From the NCBI GenBank assembly GCA_037132275.1, contig JBAXPK010000007.1, positions 518 through 64,517 of the forward strand: a DNA stretch of 64,000 nucleotides, given 5' to 3'. Under the pieces are notes generated by a model. The model saw nothing but the letters and a program-made list of their open reading frames with translations. It was not told the origin of the DNA and made no database searches. This document shows, piece after piece, positions 46,094-56,211 of this stretch (positions within the stretch are counted from its first letter, which is position 1; each line of letters begins with the position of its first letter). The position numbers and the translations under genes are program-made. The stretch is from a bacterium. Its GTDB lineage: Bacteria > Verrucomicrobiota > Kiritimatiellia > CAIKKV01 > CAITUY01.

Positions 46094-48069
46094 AATATCT
46101 ACTGATACTGGGGCTTGTGATCCTGGTCGCCCGCCCATGCGTTGGTGAGAATCTTATCCCTCATGGTGACTGGAGAACAGGAAGTGACCCCTCGCCATGG
46201 GTCGTCGCTCAGGGTGATGGCAAGGTGTTGGGTTTCGACAAAGGCAAGGACGGCAACCGCTGCCTCAAAATCGATTTGCCTCCGGGGCGGTCAATTCGCC
46301 TGGAAATCCCGACTATCACGGTTGATCCCAAGAAGAAGTACAGGTTTCAGTATCAGTACAAGACAACCGCCAAACGGATTGTCTGGTCGACAATTGCGGT
46401 GGAGTACTTCAATCCCGGACGGAGCCTCGGGGCACAGTCGATGGCGTTTCTGGATAACCAGGCAGAGTGGAAGACGAAGGAGTACCTGCTGATCATTCCT
46501 GAAGGCACGACGACGTGCAAGGTTCGTCTGAAGATAACGGAGACCGGGGACTACTGGATAGACGGAGTTTCAATCTCTGAAATCAGCGGCAAGGAAGCCT
46601 CAAGACTATCCCTTGTCGGGAAGATGAAAGCTATCCCCGTCAGGAAGGCCAGGCGACTTCCGGAAATCGCGCCCGAGGGCAAATATTCCGTCAGGCAAGT
46701 CAAGGACGTATGGTGGCTGTTTGATCCCGAGGGTAAGGCGTTCTGGAATGTGAGCCTGTGGGGTGGCGGGCCCATCGGGGAGGACGGGGAATTGCCGCTT
46801 CGAAAGACCATCCAGTCCCGCTATTATATGACCGGTAAGACTAACGAATACTACAATACCGTGTTTGACAACTTAACAGAGTGGGGCTTCAACTCGATGG
46901 GGGCGGGGGTGGAAATCGGGCCGATGAACCGGGCTCTCCAGATGAGACAACTCAACAAGGCGGCCACCCTTCCCTATGTTGACACCCTGGTGTTGAGCAT
47001 CAACCTGCCAGGTCGGGATGGGCACCGGTTGTGGGAGATTGCAGAAGGCCTTTACGGGGTGGGGCGGGTCAAGGTGGAAGACCTGGCGATGGTGGACCGA
47101 AATTCAAAGCCGGTGCTGGGTACCGCAGTGCCCTTTCCCGATGTGTTCAGTGAGAAATTTAGAACTGCCTATGACCTGTATGTGAAGGAGTGGTTTGAAA
47201 AGAGGCGGGCAGGGGATTGTTTTGCGGTCTGCCTGGATAATGAACTGCCCTGGGCGGAACTGCCTCAAGCCATCTATTCGCCAGCCTGTCGCCGGGAATT
47301 CGCGGATTTTGCAAAGGCGAAATTCAAGGGCCGGATTGACGAGTACAACAAGCGCTATAATACGGGACTCAAGACTTTCGAGGAGCTTGACAACACGATG
47401 CCGCATCGATCCGGTGGCGTTGGCGACGAATTGATCTTTGAGTTTCTGAGGCGCTACATCCGTGAGTATTTTGCCTTTCAAATCGCCACGGTGCGGAAGT
47501 ACAGGCCGGACTGTCTCATCATTGGCCAACGGCTCCCCTTCGCTGCGGCCATGGATGGCTTCGGCCGGACGAAAGCCATCTATGATTGGTGCATCGACTT
47601 GTTTTCCGTGTATGACATGATCGGTCTCAATGTCTATCCCCAGGGACAGGACCACTTTACGCGCGACCAGATGCGAACCGTCGAATACTTCCACAAGAAG
47701 ACGGGCCGGCCTCTGGTCATTACGGAATGGTGTATTTGCTGCGAACAATCAGGAGTCCCCACCACGGTTGGTTGGCCGTTGTGGAGCACCGTTCCCACTT
47801 GGGAGGACAGGGGGAACGGATACAGGAACTGCCTGATCCAGTTGGCCAGTTTGCCCTACGTTGTTGGGGCACATTGGTTTTCTTCATACAACGGCTACAC
47901 GTGGATAGAAGGGGTTCGCCAGCCCGCTTATAATCACGGTTTTTATCAGGACGATTACACGCCGAATCCCGTGTTTCTGAAAAAAGTTGTCGAGGCCAAC
48001 AAGATGGTGACGCACATGGAGCGGAAGGCGGGTTTCTCCGTGGATGACATAAAGTACCTGAGGGAGTAG
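46090..48069 (+). CDS. Secreted putative glycoside hydrolase: N-terminal CBM4/9-like jelly roll plus TIM-barrel-like domain
   Basis: Signal peptide. N-terminal domain ending YWIDGVSISEI. Downstream LDNELPW and VITEWC segments resemble clan GH-A acid/base and nucleophile strands. Family uncertain. Confidence 0.45.
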   Translation: MKYLLILGLVILVARPCVGENLIPHGDWRTGSDPSPWVVAQGDGKVLGFDKGKDGNRCLKIDLPPGRSIRLEIPTITVDPKKKYRFQYQYKTTAKRIVWSTIAVEYFNPGRSLGAQSMAFLDNQAEWKTKEYLLIIPEGTTTCKVRLKITETGDYWIDGVSISEISGKEASRLSLVGKMKAIPVRKARRLPEIAPEGKYSVRQVKDVWWLFDPEGKAFWNVSLWGGGPIGEDGELPLRKTIQSRYYMTGKTNEYYNTVFDNLTEWGFNSMGAGVEIGPMNRALQMRQLNKAATLPYVDTLVLSINLPGRDGHRLWEIAEGLYGVGRVKVEDLAMVDRNSKPVLGTAVPFPDVFSEKFRTAYDLYVKEWFEKRRAGDCFAVCLDNELPWAELPQAIYSPACRREFADFAKAKFKGRIDEYNKRYNTGLKTFEELDNTMPHRSGGVGDELIFEFLRRYIREYFAFQIATVRKYRPDCLIIGQRLPFAAAMDGFGRTKAIYDWCIDLFSVYDMIGLNVYPQGQDHFTRDQMRTVEYFHKKTGRPLVITEWCICCEQSGVPTTVGWPLWSTVPTWEDRGNGYRNCLIQLASLPYVVGAHWFSSYNGYTWIEGVRQPAYNHGFYQDDYTPNPVFLKKVVEANKMVTHMERKAGFSVDDIKYLRE

Positions 48070-48933
48070 TCAGGTTGCCGGCTTCCCGCAGGAATGCCGC
48101 TTCCGATAAATCACATAGCGCATATCGGAACAGGTCGTCCTGAAATGTTCGTGAATCTGCGCCGGGGAAGATAGTTCCTCGCATAAGAGGTAGTCTTCCT
48201 GCTTCACCAAATCACAGTTCTTTTCCAACGACTGCTGAATGCGATCCCATTCGATGTGATCGTGAGGGTAGACATGAATGTCGCCTTCCGCGTTCAATCC
48301 GAAAAGTCTTCTATTGATCAGGCGCCGCCACGCAATGATCGAAAATAGCTTAAGGGCCTTATTCCGCAGCCGCACTCCCGCAGGAACTCGCTGCAGGCGA
48401 TGAAGTTGCGTCCGATATTCATAGTAAACAGGTGAATTCCCCAGCCAGAAAGAAGGGCATTTTTCGTGATCGATGAACAGCAAGCCGCCCGGTTTTGTTG
48501 TTCGAATCATTTCTTCAACGGCGCCGAGGTAGTCGGGAATATGATGCAGAACCGAGTAGGTGGCAACCATGTCAAACGTGTCGTTCTCGAAGCCCGCCAG
48601 ATCGGTGCCGTTGAGGAGAAACGTTGTCAGCTTGCGGTTGTTTGGAAATTTCTCAGTCAATAGTTGGAGGCTTTTCTGTGACACATCGGCGGCGACGACA
48701 TTTGCCCCGAGGCGAAGCAGGTGTGTCGTGAGGTTTCCCGTACCCGCTCCCAGGTCAAGAATCGTCCAGGGTTCCGCCGATATAGCCATTTGAGACAGGG
48801 ATTCCCGCAAGACCGTGGCGAGGCGATGCTGTTCTGTCGGGTTGTAGATTTCATAGTGGATGCCATCGTAGTGAGCCGCACAGGCGTTATGCACCCGTTG
48901 GTTATGGAGAACAGCGGGGTCTTTTAAATTCAT
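48070..48933 (-). CDS. Class I SAM-dependent methyltransferase
   Basis: Motif I ILDLGAGTGNLTTHLLRLGANVVAADVS and a post-I acidic residue. Its stop abuts the convergent gene stop with 0 nt between them. Confidence 0.75.
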   Translation of the reverse strand: MNLKDPAVLHNQRVHNACAAHYDGIHYEIYNPTEQHRLATVLRESLSQMAISAEPWTILDLGAGTGNLTTHLLRLGANVVAADVSQKSLQLLTEKFPNNRKLTTFLLNGTDLAGFENDTFDMVATYSVLHHIPDYLGAVEEMIRTTKPGGLLFIDHEKCPSFWLGNSPVYYEYRTQLHRLQRVPAGVRLRNKALKLFSIIAWRRLINRRLFGLNAEGDIHVYPHDHIEWDRIQQSLEKNCDLVKQEDYLLCEELSSPAQIHEHFRTTCSDMRYVIYRKRHSCGKPAT

Positions 48934-48934
48934 G

Positions 48935-50128
48935 TCATGTGTGAACGGTCATGTGCCGGTGGGTTTCGGGACTTGCCAGGGACGATTCAGGCCGGTGCGT
49001 TTGCCAGATCACGAAGTTCCTTTTCCGGAGGCAGTTGATGATGGCCGCAAGGGCGGCCAGATTTGCGGTAAAAAAATAGTGGGGCAGGCGAAACAAGGCG
49101 GGGCCGATATTGAGTCGATCCAGCATGGCGCCAATGGCCGAGATCAGGATGAACGAGACTTGAAGCAGGAGCGTCATGCGGTAGAAGGGTTGATGCAGCA
49201 GAAACACGTTGGCAGTGAATGCGGTTAGCGCGAAGACAGGAACCATCCAGCGTAGCAGGCGATGACTGATAACCTGGAGGGCAAACCCGCCGATTCGGAA
49301 CGGATTGAGAACATCGGGTGCGATCCGAAGGCTGGTGAGGCAGCGGGTCATGATTCTGACTTTTCTGGCAAACTCATCCTTCAACTCGGGCAGGACGGCT
49401 TCGCGTGATATTGCGCAGGGCTCGAAGATGTGCCGTTTTTGGTGGTAGCACATGATGAGCAAGGGTTCCATGAAGTCGCTGATCATGGCGGGATCAAGAG
49501 GGATGTACAACGCCCGTCGGACGGCATAGATCGGCCCCGTGGCGCCCGTGCAGGATAACACACGGCTTTCCCATGTCTTAATGTAAGATTCCATGTCGCG
49601 ATAGATTAACTCATGATGAGCCGTTGCCGATCCCCGTGGTGTGAAGTCCACCCGCCGACCTTCCACGCAACCGACATCCTCGCGAGAAAAATGCCAGATC
49701 AACCACTGCAGTGCAGTGGGTTCGTAAAGGGCGTTGGCATCGGAGAACACCAGGATGTCTCCCGTGGCCTGAGCGACGGCGATGTTCTGTGCCGCAGTCT
49801 TTCCCTGTTGCCGCCCTAGCCTGATCAGGTGCACGCCCTGTGCCCGGAATCCGGCCACGATCTCATCCGTCCGATCCGTGGAGCCGTCAGAGACAACGAT
49901 AATCTCCCGTTTCCCACGGGGATAGCCCAGGGAAAGCGCATTTTGGAGTTTCTCCTCAATGACATGTTCCTCGTTGAACGCCGCAATAATAATACTGACA
50001 GACGGCCAGCTATTAGTTGGGGGTGGCGTTGGCTCTCGGTTGAACTGTGACAGGAGCCAGATGATGAGGGGGTAGCCGACATACACATAGACGATGACGG
50101 CTACACTTGACCAGAATAGGAACGCCAT
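48935..50128 (-). CDS. Membrane-bound glycosyltransferase family 2 (processive-synthase-like)
   Basis: VSIIIAAFNEE, VVSDGSTDRT, FSDANALYEP, a C-terminal QVISHRLLRW (QxxRW-like) and C-terminal TM helices. Confidence 0.8.
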   Translation of the reverse strand: MAFLFWSSVAVIVYVYVGYPLIIWLLSQFNREPTPPPTNSWPSVSIIIAAFNEEHVIEEKLQNALSLGYPRGKREIIVVSDGSTDRTDEIVAGFRAQGVHLIRLGRQQGKTAAQNIAVAQATGDILVFSDANALYEPTALQWLIWHFSREDVGCVEGRRVDFTPRGSATAHHELIYRDMESYIKTWESRVLSCTGATGPIYAVRRALYIPLDPAMISDFMEPLLIMCYHQKRHIFEPCAISREAVLPELKDEFARKVRIMTRCLTSLRIAPDVLNPFRIGGFALQVISHRLLRWMVPVFALTAFTANVFLLHQPFYRMTLLLQVSFILISAIGAMLDRLNIGPALFRLPHYFFTANLAALAAIINCLRKRNFVIWQTHRPESSLASPETHRHMTVHT

Positions 50129-50839
50129 TTAGTAGGTAATCTCCTTGCCGCTGGCGATCACAAAAAACGTCGTCGTCAGAATCCAGAGGTCAAGCCATGT
50201 GCTTTGGTAACGGAGGTAATAGAGGTCGTACACCAGTCGTGCTGACATATCGGGCATGCCGCGGTTATGGATTTGCTGATACCCGGTGATGCCGGGCTTG
50301 ACCAGCAGTCTGATGCGCTGTTCCACATTGTAACGGTTCGCCAACGTCACCACCTCGGGACGCGGGCCGACGAGGCTCATTTCCCCCCGCAGGACATTCA
50401 GCAACTGGGGAAGCTCATCCAGGCCAAAGCGGCGGAGGAATCGGCCCAGGCGGGTCACGCGCGGGTCGTCCTTGAGTTTGTAGACCGGTTCCTCCAGGGC
50501 TTCGATGTTGATGTAATGTTTCAACTGCTCTTCAGCGCCAACCACCATGGAGCGGAACTTGAACATGTTAAAGGGGCGGCCATTCAATCCGGCCCGTGCT
50601 TGCGTGAAGAAGACGGGTCCTCTGCTGGACGTCTTGATGGCCACGGCGATGAGCGCCCAAAGGGGCATGGTGATGATAATTCCCAGAAGGGCGAAGATGA
50701 TATCCGTGCCTCGCTTGATGACTTCCTGTGTTTGAACACTCGTGTTTGTGATTCCACCAGGGGATGGAAGGGCCTCTTCCCATTCGGTGATCGAACCCGG
50801 TTCGCCAACCCATGCCGCCGTTCCGTAATGACCGTTCAT
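50129..50839 (-). CDS. Undecaprenyl-phosphate sugar phosphotransferase (Bac_transf family, initiating enzyme)
   Basis: [26 protein letters not shown] and [21 protein letters not shown]. Confidence 0.85.
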   Translation of the reverse strand: MNGHYGTAAWVGEPGSITEWEEALPSPGGITNTSVQTQEVIKRGTDIIFALLGIIITMPLWALIAVAIKTSSRGPVFFTQARAGLNGRPFNMFKFRSMVVGAEEQLKHYINIEALEEPVYKLKDDPRVTRLGRFLRRFGLDELPQLLNVLRGEMSLVGPRPEVVTLANRYNVEQRIRLLVKPGITGYQQIHNRGMPDMSARLVYDLYYLRYQSTWLDLWILTTTFFVIASGKEITY

Positions 50840-50903
50840 AATTGTGTCCCCCTGAAATTGGTTGAGTGAAGCAACTGAATGGCAACATCATCCCGAAAAA
50901 CGG

Positions 50904-52445
50904 TTAGCGAGGAATTAGTGATTGGGTATTTTTTGGTCTGGAAGGCGCGGCCCCCGCATCAGCCGGAGTGGGGGCGGTTGCCTCCCGTTCATAGGCCTGC
51001 ATGCGGTGGATGGCAGGCCGCATGATGGCCGTGTAAGCCGCCCAGGCGGCGAGGGCTCCCACCACCACGCGAGCCGGAGACCAGGGGAGAAGCGTTGTCC
51101 AGGGAATGGCAAACAGGATGACTAACACGGCGGCCATGGCGCCTGCGAAGCGACCCCAGGCAAACCAGACCCGCTCCCGTGTCGGGATGCGCCACCAGAG
51201 ATAGCCGGCCACGATCCAGACGGACACCGAGCCGGACAGCGCTATGCCGGGCACGCCCTGGTGGCGCAGTAAGAGATTGCCGATCGCATGGGCGAACACG
51301 GCCAGCAGTCCCATGCCGACCATCCCTTTAAGGTCGCGTCTGATGACATAGAGTCCGGCGAGGCATTGGACGCAGTAAATGGCGGGGATGCTTAGCGCGA
51401 AGATGCGCACAGCGACGATCACGATTTCCGACGAGGGCGCGTCAAACTTGCCGCGCAGGAGGAGGAGGGTGACAATGTCGCGGGCCGCCCAGGCAATAAC
51501 GACAGCCAGCAACATGCCCAGCGCGGAGAGGAACAGCGACCCCTGCTTGGCCAGCCGGTTGGGGTCCGCGATTCTTGCATGAATCCGCACCATCTCGGGT
51601 AACCAGGGTATCAACAGGCTGGTCGAGAGCAGGAAGGGCATCATGCGGGCGAGCCGGTCGGCATAGGAAAACAAGGCGATGGATCCTGGTGCCATGAATG
51701 ACATCATGGCGCGATCCAGGACACCTTCCACCTGCATCTGGATGACGGAGCAGAGCACCACGATGGCGCCCAGCCAAAACGGCAACAGATGACGTGGATG
51801 AACCGGCACCCACCGGGTCGGCAGCATCTGGAAGCCTTTTCGGGTTCCCCATACAAAGAGCAGGAGCCATTGCGAGAAGGCGGCCACCGTCAGTCCCAGG
51901 GTGTAGGCCATGATGCCGCCGTGGCGGCCCAGGGTGAAGAGCGACACAATGGCGATAACGCGCCAGAGGGTCTCGCCCAATTCAGGGACGACAAACAGGC
52001 GGCGCGCATGAAATACGCTTTGTGCGGAGCCGAACAACAGAAACAACAGCAGGGACGGCGCCAGCATGCGGAGCAGCCGTTGTGCGTCATGGGCGGCTGC
52101 GGCGTCGAAGCCCGGCGACGTCAGTTTCACAATCAGGGGAGCGCCGACCCAGATCAGCAGGGTGATGGAAGCGGCGGCGATGATCACGACGATTTGGAAA
52201 TTCTCCGCGAAATCCTTGGGGCCATGGCCTTCGTCCGACTCCACCAGGCACGGCACGGCGGCGGTGCGGATCACCCGCGACAAATCACGCGCCAGGAAAA
52301 CGGCCACGGCCATGGCCACGAACAGGGCATCCACTTCGCGGCTGACGCCAAAGACGGCCGCCAGGCCGATGCTGAGCAGGAGCCCGAGCCCCGAATTTAG
52401 GGCGCGGAGAACGGCCAGTCTAAACCCTGTGGCTCCGAGTGACAC
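50904..52445 (-). CDS. MurJ/MviN-family (MOP superfamily) flippase
   Basis: About 14 TM segments. FGVSREVDALFVAMAV is a MurJ-like N-terminal motif. The GTG start at 52445 lies just after the upstream GT4 stop. The longer track ORF to 52835 overlaps that gene. Confidence 0.65.
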   Translation of the reverse strand: MSLGATGFRLAVLRALNSGLGLLLSIGLAAVFGVSREVDALFVAMAVAVFLARDLSRVIRTAAVPCLVESDEGHGPKDFAENFQIVVIIAAASITLLIWVGAPLIVKLTSPGFDAAAAHDAQRLLRMLAPSLLLFLLFGSAQSVFHARRLFVVPELGETLWRVIAIVSLFTLGRHGGIMAYTLGLTVAAFSQWLLLFVWGTRKGFQMLPTRWVPVHPRHLLPFWLGAIVVLCSVIQMQVEGVLDRAMMSFMAPGSIALFSYADRLARMMPFLLSTSLLIPWLPEMVRIHARIADPNRLAKQGSLFLSALGMLLAVVIAWAARDIVTLLLLRGKFDAPSSEIVIVAVRIFALSIPAIYCVQCLAGLYVIRRDLKGMVGMGLLAVFAHAIGNLLLRHQGVPGIALSGSVSVWIVAGYLWWRIPTRERVWFAWGRFAGAMAAVLVILFAIPWTTLLPWSPARVVVGALAAWAAYTAIMRPAIHRMQAYEREATAPTPADAGAAPSRPKNTQSLIPR

Positions 52446-52449
52446 GATG

Positions 52450-53637
52450 TTATGCTCTTCCCGATCGCAGGGGTGACGCCAAGGATGGTAGAGTGGTGAA
52501 CAAACCGAGATAGACGGAGACTTCCTCTTGCAGCGTGAAATGCCGGAGCACCCAAGCCCTGCCACGACGACCAATGTTATCCCACTGGTCTGGCTGGGAT
52601 GATAGTGACCGCAGTTTTCCCGCCAAATCCAGAGTGTTTCCTTCTTCTGCCAGCCACTCCCTGTTTGAAGGGGGAATGGCTTCCGGTATCCCGGCGTGAC
52701 GGGTTGCAACCACAGGCAAGCCTGCCGCCTGTGCTTCCAGAATGGTGATGGGGATTCCCTCCCTATCGCCGTTTCGAGCTGTTCGGCTGGGCAGAACAAA
52801 GGCATCGTGTTCCCGCAGAATCCCAGGGATGTCACGGTTGGATGCCTCCCCTTTGAAGTTCACCCTGTCCTTGACGCCCAGTCTCTGCGCCAGATTCTCC
52901 AGATGACGCCGTTGGGGGCCATCGCCCCATATGTTCAAGCGAAGGGGCAGGAGGGTCAGGTTCCGGATCATCGCTACGGCGTGGAGCAGATCGTCAAACC
53001 CCTTCTTTTCCACGAGTCTCCCGATGCTGACAAGGCGGAAGGCGTCGGGCTGGGGAGGGGGATGGTTGACTGGCGGAAAGCGTGAGATGTCCACGCCGCA
53101 GTGGATTATTCTGATGCGTTCCGCAGGGCAACCGAGTTCAATCAACCGGGCTTTTCCATGTTCCGAGATCGCTACGGCCTGTGTCTTCGATTCCCATAAT
53201 GATGTGTAGGTTCCAGGACGGACGTGGCTCATGAAGAGATCGAACGCGTGAAACACCACGACCAGCGGGATACCCAGGTCGCGAGCCGCTGGCGATATGG
53301 CGGCGCCAGCGCCGCCGAAATGCGCGAGGATGACGTCAGGCCGGATGTCCTGGAGTGTCTGGCGGGTTTTCCGGTACGGTAAGGGAAACCGGTACACTCC
53401 GAGGCAATGTTTTTGAATCGCGAAGGCCGCCTTTTGCGGGAACGAAAGAGGCAGCAGTTTCACCCGGACGAAGGGCCTTTCGCCCTCATTCACCCTGACG
53501 GTTGTCATGACATGATTTTCCGTTCCCGCCTGTTCCAGTCCCTGGACGAGCTCATAGATGAACGTTTCGCTAATCCGGTTGAACTTCGTGCATATATGGG
53601 CGATCCGCATGGTGTCGTGCCTGTTAGTCGAGGTCAA
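52450..53637 (-). CDS. Glycosyltransferase family 4 (GT-B)
   Basis: MRIAHICTKF...ETFIYE N-terminus. C-terminal PSRTARNGDREGIPITILEAQAAGLPVVATRHAGIPE. Confidence 0.8.
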   Translation of the reverse strand: MTSTNRHDTMRIAHICTKFNRISETFIYELVQGLEQAGTENHVMTTVRVNEGERPFVRVKLLPLSFPQKAAFAIQKHCLGVYRFPLPYRKTRQTLQDIRPDVILAHFGGAGAAISPAARDLGIPLVVVFHAFDLFMSHVRPGTYTSLWESKTQAVAISEHGKARLIELGCPAERIRIIHCGVDISRFPPVNHPPPQPDAFRLVSIGRLVEKKGFDDLLHAVAMIRNLTLLPLRLNIWGDGPQRRHLENLAQRLGVKDRVNFKGEASNRDIPGILREHDAFVLPSRTARNGDREGIPITILEAQAAGLPVVATRHAGIPEAIPPSNREWLAEEGNTLDLAGKLRSLSSQPDQWDNIGRRGRAWVLRHFTLQEEVSVYLGLFTTLPSLASPLRSGRA

Positions 53638-53799
53638 TGGACATTAGGAAAATGTCTATATTCCGATATCTCGGTGGTGGGTGTGTTTGCGACACGTTAG
53701 TTTTGAGTTACAAGTGAAGGCTTTCCCGCGCCATATCCGCCACAAGAGAGATGACCTTCCGTGCGGTTAGCAACGCAGGGATGCCCAATCATCACAAGG

Positions 53800-54453
53800 T
53801 CATAATGATACGGTCAGACCGACAGTTTCGCCATTGTGCTGATCGAGCGACATGTCGGCGATGCGGTTGCAATGACCCCCGATCTGGCCGAGGTTGGAGA
53901 CGACCACACATGCTGCCAGCAAAGCCTTGATTGGAATACCCGGTTGGTTGAGGGCGGCTTCAAAACGGGCGGTCAGTCTGCGGTGGACCATGGTGAGTGT
54001 GGCGCAATCTTCCCTGGTGGCATGAGCCGCGTTAGCGTTTTGGGAAACGACAGCGTTGATGGCTTTGGCGCAGGACGTGGCGGCAAGTTTGGCCAGAAGC
54101 GAGATGTCGCGGGCGGTCGCGGGAAGTCCGAGCAACGCGATGGCTCCGGTTTGATGGGCGACTTTCTTGGTCAGGACACCGATCTGGCCCAATTCATGGG
54201 CGATTATGGCCAGGGCGGAAACAGGGTGGAGGTTGTCGTTTGTAGGTGTCTGGAAGGGTAAGATTTCCAGGCATTTCTCCTTGATTTGGATCTTGCGTCG
54301 ATTCCAGTTCTGGGCGTGGCTGATTACGGATTCAGCAGCCGTGTCATTGCCCGTGATGGCGGCCTCAGCCGCCTGCGGAACCTGGCTTTGTATCGAGTCC
54401 GCCAATTCGCGGATTTCATTTTTCAATGCGTCAATCTGAGAGTGTTGTTTCAT
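53800..54453 (-). CDS. phoU: PhoU-domain protein (divergent)
   Basis: 217 aa, all-alpha, with two repeats: IIAHELGQIGVLTKKVAHQ and VVSNLGQIGGHCNRIADM. These align to the PhoU ELERIGDxA repeats but lack the acidic residues. Confidence 0.5.
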   Translation of the reverse strand: MKQHSQIDALKNEIRELADSIQSQVPQAAEAAITGNDTAAESVISHAQNWNRRKIQIKEKCLEILPFQTPTNDNLHPVSALAIIAHELGQIGVLTKKVAHQTGAIALLGLPATARDISLLAKLAATSCAKAINAVVSQNANAAHATREDCATLTMVHRRLTARFEAALNQPGIPIKALLAACVVVSNLGQIGGHCNRIADMSLDQHNGETVGLTVSL

Positions 54454-54651
54454 GGGGTGTCCATCTATCGTTAGTCATTCGGTTGGTATATTCCCTCCAG
54501 TCTGTTGGGGCAGTGATAGCGGTGTGTAATAATTCCGTTTGAATGGCGGGTGTTCCAGACAGGTTGAGACAGCGCAGAGGCTGAGGTTCATGTGAGGGGC
54601 AGACCAGCTATGGACGTCGGAAAACACCTTGATCCGTGTCCGCCGGATGAG

Positions 54652-55311
54652 TTATCTCGCCGCCCAGAGCATGCCCCGTAGCACAATCTCGCGCGCTTCA
54701 GAAACCTCGAAGTCCTTGTGAGTATGTCCCCAGCAGGCGACAAACACCCGGCCTTTGCCGTAGGTTTTGGTGTAGGCGTAAGGCATGACGGTGCCCGCCT
54801 GGTAACGATCACGCTCACCATGGGTACCGCTAAAGATCGTACGGCACAGCACGTGGACGCTCGGATCAACGTGAATGAAATATTGCTCGGTGTCGGGCAT
54901 CGTAAAGTTGTTCAAGCCCTTCACGATGGGATGCCGGGGATCCACAATCTCGACCGTGTAGGAGGGAATGCAGTTGCCGGGGTGTGCCACCCATTGCCCG
55001 CCGGTCATCCATTGGTACTCCGTGTGGTTCCGGAATGAGTCAATGATGCCGCCATGCCAGCCGGCAAGCCCGACCCCGGCTCGCACCGCCGCCAGCAATC
55101 CGTCTGCCTGGGGATCCTCGATCTTTCCCATGGTCCAGCACGGGACGATCAAATCCTGAGCCGCCAGGAGATCCTTGTCGGCATAACTGGTTAAGCTGTC
55201 GGAAATCTTCACCTCAAAACCCTTCGCGGCCAGAAGCGGCGCAAATACATCGACCGACTCCTTGGGCGTGTGCCCATTCCAGCCGCCCCAAACCATCAGT
55301 GCTTTTTTCAT
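54652..55311 (-). CDS. ThuA-domain protein
   Basis: MKKALMVWGGWNGHTPKE...GLAGWHGG...GHT pattern, recalled from ThuA (trehalose-utilisation-like) class I glutamine-amidotransferase-like proteins. Confidence 0.55.
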   Translation of the reverse strand: MKKALMVWGGWNGHTPKESVDVFAPLLAAKGFEVKISDSLTSYADKDLLAAQDLIVPCWTMGKIEDPQADGLLAAVRAGVGLAGWHGGIIDSFRNHTEYQWMTGGQWVAHPGNCIPSYTVEIVDPRHPIVKGLNNFTMPDTEQYFIHVDPSVHVLCRTIFSGTHGERDRYQAGTVMPYAYTKTYGKGRVFVACWGHTHKDFEVSEAREIVLRGMLWAAR

Positions 55312-55326
55312 ATTGAATTGGCCGTG

Positions 55327-56211
55327 TTATGCGTTTCTGAAGCGCCGGGTAAGATCGCCATAGGCGTCGATGCGGCGATCCCGTAGAAAAGGCCAGATTC
55401 GGCGAATGGTTTCGCTCTGGTCTAAATTCACTTGGGCCATGAGTAGCTCATCCTTTTCCGTCCCGGCGGTAGCCATGAATTCGCCCTGGCAACCGGCGGC
55501 AAAGGTGTGCCCCCAGAAGTTAATGCCGTTGCCCCCGGCGGATGAGGATTCGAAGCCAACCCGGTTGACGCTGAGTACGGGCAGCCCATTAGCGATGGCA
55601 TGTGACCGCTGAATGGTGATCCAGGCGTCAAGCTGGCGCTGTTTTTCGTCCTGAACATCAGCGGGATCCCAACCGATGGCGGTCGGATAAATCAGGATTT
55701 GAGCGCCATCCAGTGCCATCAATCGGGCCGCTTCCGGGTACCATTGATCCCAGCAAACCAGCACCCCCAGTTTGCCAACGGAGGTGGGTATGGCGTGGAA
55801 TCCGAGGTCGCCCGGGGTGAAATAGAATTTTTCGTAGAAAGCGGGATCATCCGGGATGTGCATCTTGCGATACAGGCCGGCAATGGAACCGTCGGTTTCG
55901 AATACTACGGCGGTATTGTGATACAACCCTGCCGCCCGCCGTTCGAAGAATGACCCGACAAGCACGACGTGGTTGTCCCGCGCCGCCTTGGCAAAGGTGT
56001 CCGTCAACGGCCCCGGAATCGGCTCGGCCAGGGAACAAAGTTCCGGATTTTCAACCTGGCAGAAATAAAGAGAGGTGTGCAGTTCGGAGAGAACAACCAG
56101 TTTGGCGCCGGCCTGTGCCGCCTCCCGGATCGCCGCCACGCTCTTGGCCACGTTGGCAACACGATCGGGTCCGAATGAATGTTGGATCAGGGCTGTCTTG
56201 AGCAGTTTCAT
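55327..56211 (-). CDS. aguB: N-carbamoylputrescine amidase (carbon-nitrogen hydrolase)
   Basis: Nitrilase-superfamily E-K-C pattern (VLSELHTS, YRKMHIPD, GVLVCWDQWYPE). ATGA-type overlap with the agmatine deiminase gene. Confidence 0.75.
   Translation of the reverse strand: MKLLKTALIQHSFGPDRVANVAKSVAAIREAAQAGAKLVVLSELHTSLYFCQVENPELCSLAEPIPGPLTDTFAKAARDNHVVLVGSFFERRAAGLYHNTAVVFETDGSIAGLYRKMHIPDDPAFYEKFYFTPGDLGFHAIPTSVGKLGVLVCWDQWYPEAARLMALDGAQILIYPTAIGWDPADVQDEKQRQLDAWITIQRSHAIANGLPVLSVNRVGFESSSAGGNGINFWGHTFAAGCQGEFMATAGTEKDELLMAQVNLDQSETIRRIWPFLRDRRIDAYGDLTRRFRNA

Noticed and set aside
52446-52835. Upstream extension of the MurJ-like ORF (track start 52835)
   Set aside because: It overlaps the 3' end of the GT4 gene at 52450-53637 and has no membrane-protein character. 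A GTG at 52445, directly after the GT4 stop, gives a typical 514-aa flippase.
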